Assembly (NCBI GenBank): GCA_037441385.1
Contig: JBBISH010000025.1
Coordinates: forward strand, 1 to 60,360
Length of the DNA: 60,360 bases
Direction of reading: 5' to 3'
Source: Myxococcales bacterium
GTDB taxonomy: Bacteria; Myxococcota_A; UBA9042
Shown: positions 59,101 through 60,360 of the stretch, one piece after another
Layout of the letters: the number at the start of each line of letters is the position of its first letter
How positions within the stretch are numbered: position 1 is the first letter of the stretch
The notes under the pieces: model-generated
Told to the model about the DNA's origin: nothing
Databases searched by the model: none
What the model saw: the letters and a program-made list of their open reading frames with translations, nothing else
Position numbers and translations under genes: made by a program

Positions 59101-60360
59101 GCAGGCCTCGCCGATGTTGCAGAACAGGCCGTCGTCGCAGACGGTGCCGTCGGTCTTGGCGGTCTTGACGCACTGGTACGAGCCGGCGCCGGTCGATTTG
59201 CACGCGGCGGTGTTGCAGGCGTCGGCCGAGGCGGTGCAGTCAGCGGCCTTGCCAGCCACGCACGCGCCGCTGGTGCACACGTCGCCCACGGTGCAGCCGC
59301 TGCCGTCGGCGTCGCAGGCCTGGCCGTTGGCGGCTGGCGCGTCGTTCTTGCATGCGCCGGTGGGCAAGCAAGTGTCCACGGTGCAAGGGTTCTTGTCGTC
59401 GCAGTCGGTGTTCAGTACGCAGCAGCCGGCGCCGGCTTGGCCCTTGCACACGCCGCCCGAGCAGGTGTCGTTCTTGGTGCACGCGTCGCCGTCGTTGCAC
59501 GGCGCGGTGTTGTTGGTGTGGCTGCAGCCGCCGATCTTGCTGCACAGGTCGTCCGTGCAGGCGTTGTTGTCTTCGCAGTCCAGGATGCCGGTGGACTTGC
59601 AGGTGCCGCCGGTGCAGGCGTCGCCAGTGGTGCACTTGTCGCCGTCGTCACACAGGCCGGATTCGTTGATCGGCTTGGTGGCGCACTGGCCGGTGCTGGG
59701 GTCGCAGGCGGTCTGCTTGCAGGCGGTGTCACCGCTGGTGTTGCAGACAATTGCGGTCTTGGGGTCGGTGGCGCACTTGTAGGGGACCGCGGTCTTGTCG
59801 CAGTAGGCCTTGCCGGCGCACAGGCTCGTCGCCTGGCCCGTGCAGTCGCTGTCCTGCTGGCAACCGCACTGGTTGGCGCCGGCCGTGCACTTGCCCTGCT
59901 TGCAGCTGTCGCCCACGGTGCATTTCTCGCCGTCGTCGCACGCGGCCGTGTTGGGCGTGTACACGCAACCTTGACTGGGGTTGCAGGCGTCGTCGGTGCA
60001 GGCATTGCCATCGTCGCACTTGGTGGGCGCGCCCGATTGGCAGCCGCCGCTGGCGTCGCACGCGTCGCCGCTGGTGCAGGGGTTGCCGTCGTCGCAGGCG
60101 CCGCTGACGGGGGCGTTGACGCAGCCCTTGGTGGTCGAGCACGAGTCCAGGGTGCACGGCTTGCCGTCGTCGCACTTGTTGGGGCTGCCGCCGCACGCGC
60201 CGCCGCTGCAGGTGTCTTTGATGGTGCAGGCGTTGCCGTCGTCGCACAGCGCGGTGGTCGCGGTCGACTTGCAGCCGCTGCTCAGGTCGCACACGTCGTC
60301 GGTGCAGGGGTTGCCGTCGTCGCACTTCTTGGTCGTGCCCAGCGCGCCGTCGCTAGAGGC
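56200..60360 (-). CDS. 5'-truncated giant Cys-rich surface protein: many CDDGNxCTxxDxC repeats plus C-terminal beta-propeller-like 'VNT...Q..P.VA' repeats
   Basis: Frame open to the window edge (ASSDGALGTTKKCDDGNPCT..); about eight C-terminal units of 'VNTT..GDQ..P.VA...G.FVVVW.S.GQDG..G(I/V)Y.QRF'. Confidence 0.9.
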   Translation of the reverse strand, partial: ASSDGALGTTKKCDDGNPCTDDVCDLSSGCKSTATTALCDDGNACTIKDTCSGGACGGSPNKCDDGKPCTLDSCSTTKGCVNAPVSGACDDGNPCTSGDACDASGGCQSGAPTKCDDGNACTDDACNPSQGCVYTPNTAACDDGEKCTVGDSCKQGKCTAGANQCGCQQDSDCTGQATSLCAGKAYCDKTAVPYKCATDPKTAIVCNTSGDTACKQTACDPSTGQCATKPINESGLCDDGDKCTTGDACTGGTCKSTGILDCEDNNACTDDLCSKIGGCSHTNNTAPCNDGDACTKNDTCSGGVCKGQAGAGCCVLNTDCDDKNPCTVDTCLPTGACKNDAPAANGQACDADGSGCTVGDVCTSGACVAGKAADCTASADACNTAACKSTGAGSYQCVKTAKTDGTVCDDGLFCNIGEACKAGKCTGGAAMDCSTSGCTTGVCDETTKACKGTPKADGTACDADGNGCTKDDKCAAGQCVKGAAVDCTNAADVCNNWSCKSTGAVTYQCQPTPKTLGAPCEDGKFCTDGDTCDGAGKCLSGGPKACTEVADTCNDPSCDEVNKKCVPKPKVDGTACNDGDVCTPTDACKAGLCVGQNNQCGDLKISTFKTASASLATAKAAAILDLGGGRYRVAWGNTDTTVSTRTSRDEGSRENTEQTYSFQNVIRDVGLTTAPSGASDVLALSDYNDSGSCTAAYYNACTTTNGCSAGSYTDCFSGSCTRYRYNGKSYFQYQRSDVWQANSGGLVSTVAPTNTSCSTSAVPLYFDKFVVAPYADGRRLMVWGQGGTVYKAIVNADNSVAKNLGTDASMKQFAAAVASDNSSIIVWSDGAEIWAQMYYADGSTNGTKFQVNTNAVGAQTFPSVAYQPSGRYIVAWQTDSTSGDVAMQVFKPDPGVPINSEVLVNTTTAGYQGAPTLAVFQDGSFAVAFEDGSGKDSAGYGILGQWFTSTGAKVGSEKLLNAGVAGDQRYPVGKGLSTDVGVVAWTNLADNHIYARRFDKLGNVYNGAKEVLVNTTKTGEQGNPAVATTTSGAFVVAFDSEGIDGDATGIGLQRYAADGSLVGLETVVNTYKTGSQTTPGVAMDSAGNYVVVWDSVGQDGDIDGVYGQRFKSDGSKNGNEFQVHQTTANDQWRPSVAMQGDSSFAVVWESYGQAGGANYDVMLRCYDATGAAYGGEQIVNSVTADKQQFPALVAFADGRYLVTWQSFGQDGAGWGVYGQMLYKDCKAIGGPFAINTTTASDQTSPKMAVDGNGNFTVVWSSLGQDGDNFGIYAQRFDKNNAKVGGEFKLNAITAGEQSKPAVTFLSTGNLLAVWQTAGEDESGYGLKAAQFKDAAQQGLDFMPNLTFTGNQSLPAVVGRGDGTFVAVWRSEAQDGNKGAVIARILK

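Overview
High-GC bacterial window. Gene content (TIGR04551-like barrel, FHA-sigma54 activator, CGDG..ECDDGN and CDGxDNDCDG repeats, alternative complex III) points to a Myxococcota/deltaproteobacterial genome; this is an inference. About 33 protein genes are supportable; the first and last are cut by the window edges. Housekeeping genes: trxB, pdxJ, nnr, a DksA/TraR-family gene, xerC and a full actABCDEF alternative complex III operon. Regulators: two OmpR-type two-component pairs, an ECF sigma fused to a zinc anti-sigma motif, an FHA-AAA+ sigma54 activator and a degenerate REC-GGDEF protein. The dominant feature is six very large cysteine-rich extracellular proteins (about 21 kb, ~35% of the window), five with a visible lipobox. 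The best candidate for an undescribed system is 20803-36867: sigma54 activator, GT-C (PMT/ArnT-like) glycosyltransferase, outer-membrane beta-barrel, three tandem paralogous lipoproteins (Asp/Thr-rich stalk, disulfide spacers, 2-4 jelly-roll domains) and a membrane HEAT protein, possibly a glycosylated surface adhesin/recognition display locus. Other oddities: ActA with a lipobox, a sigma70 region-3.2-like segment joined to a TPR/TolA-like protein at the window start, a gene with no stop codon before a convergent kinase, a lamin-tail domain split by a 306-aa insert, and a perfect 14-bp intergenic inverted repeat. No rRNA, tRNA, CRISPR array or transposase was recognised. All family calls come from visual motif recognition, not database searches.
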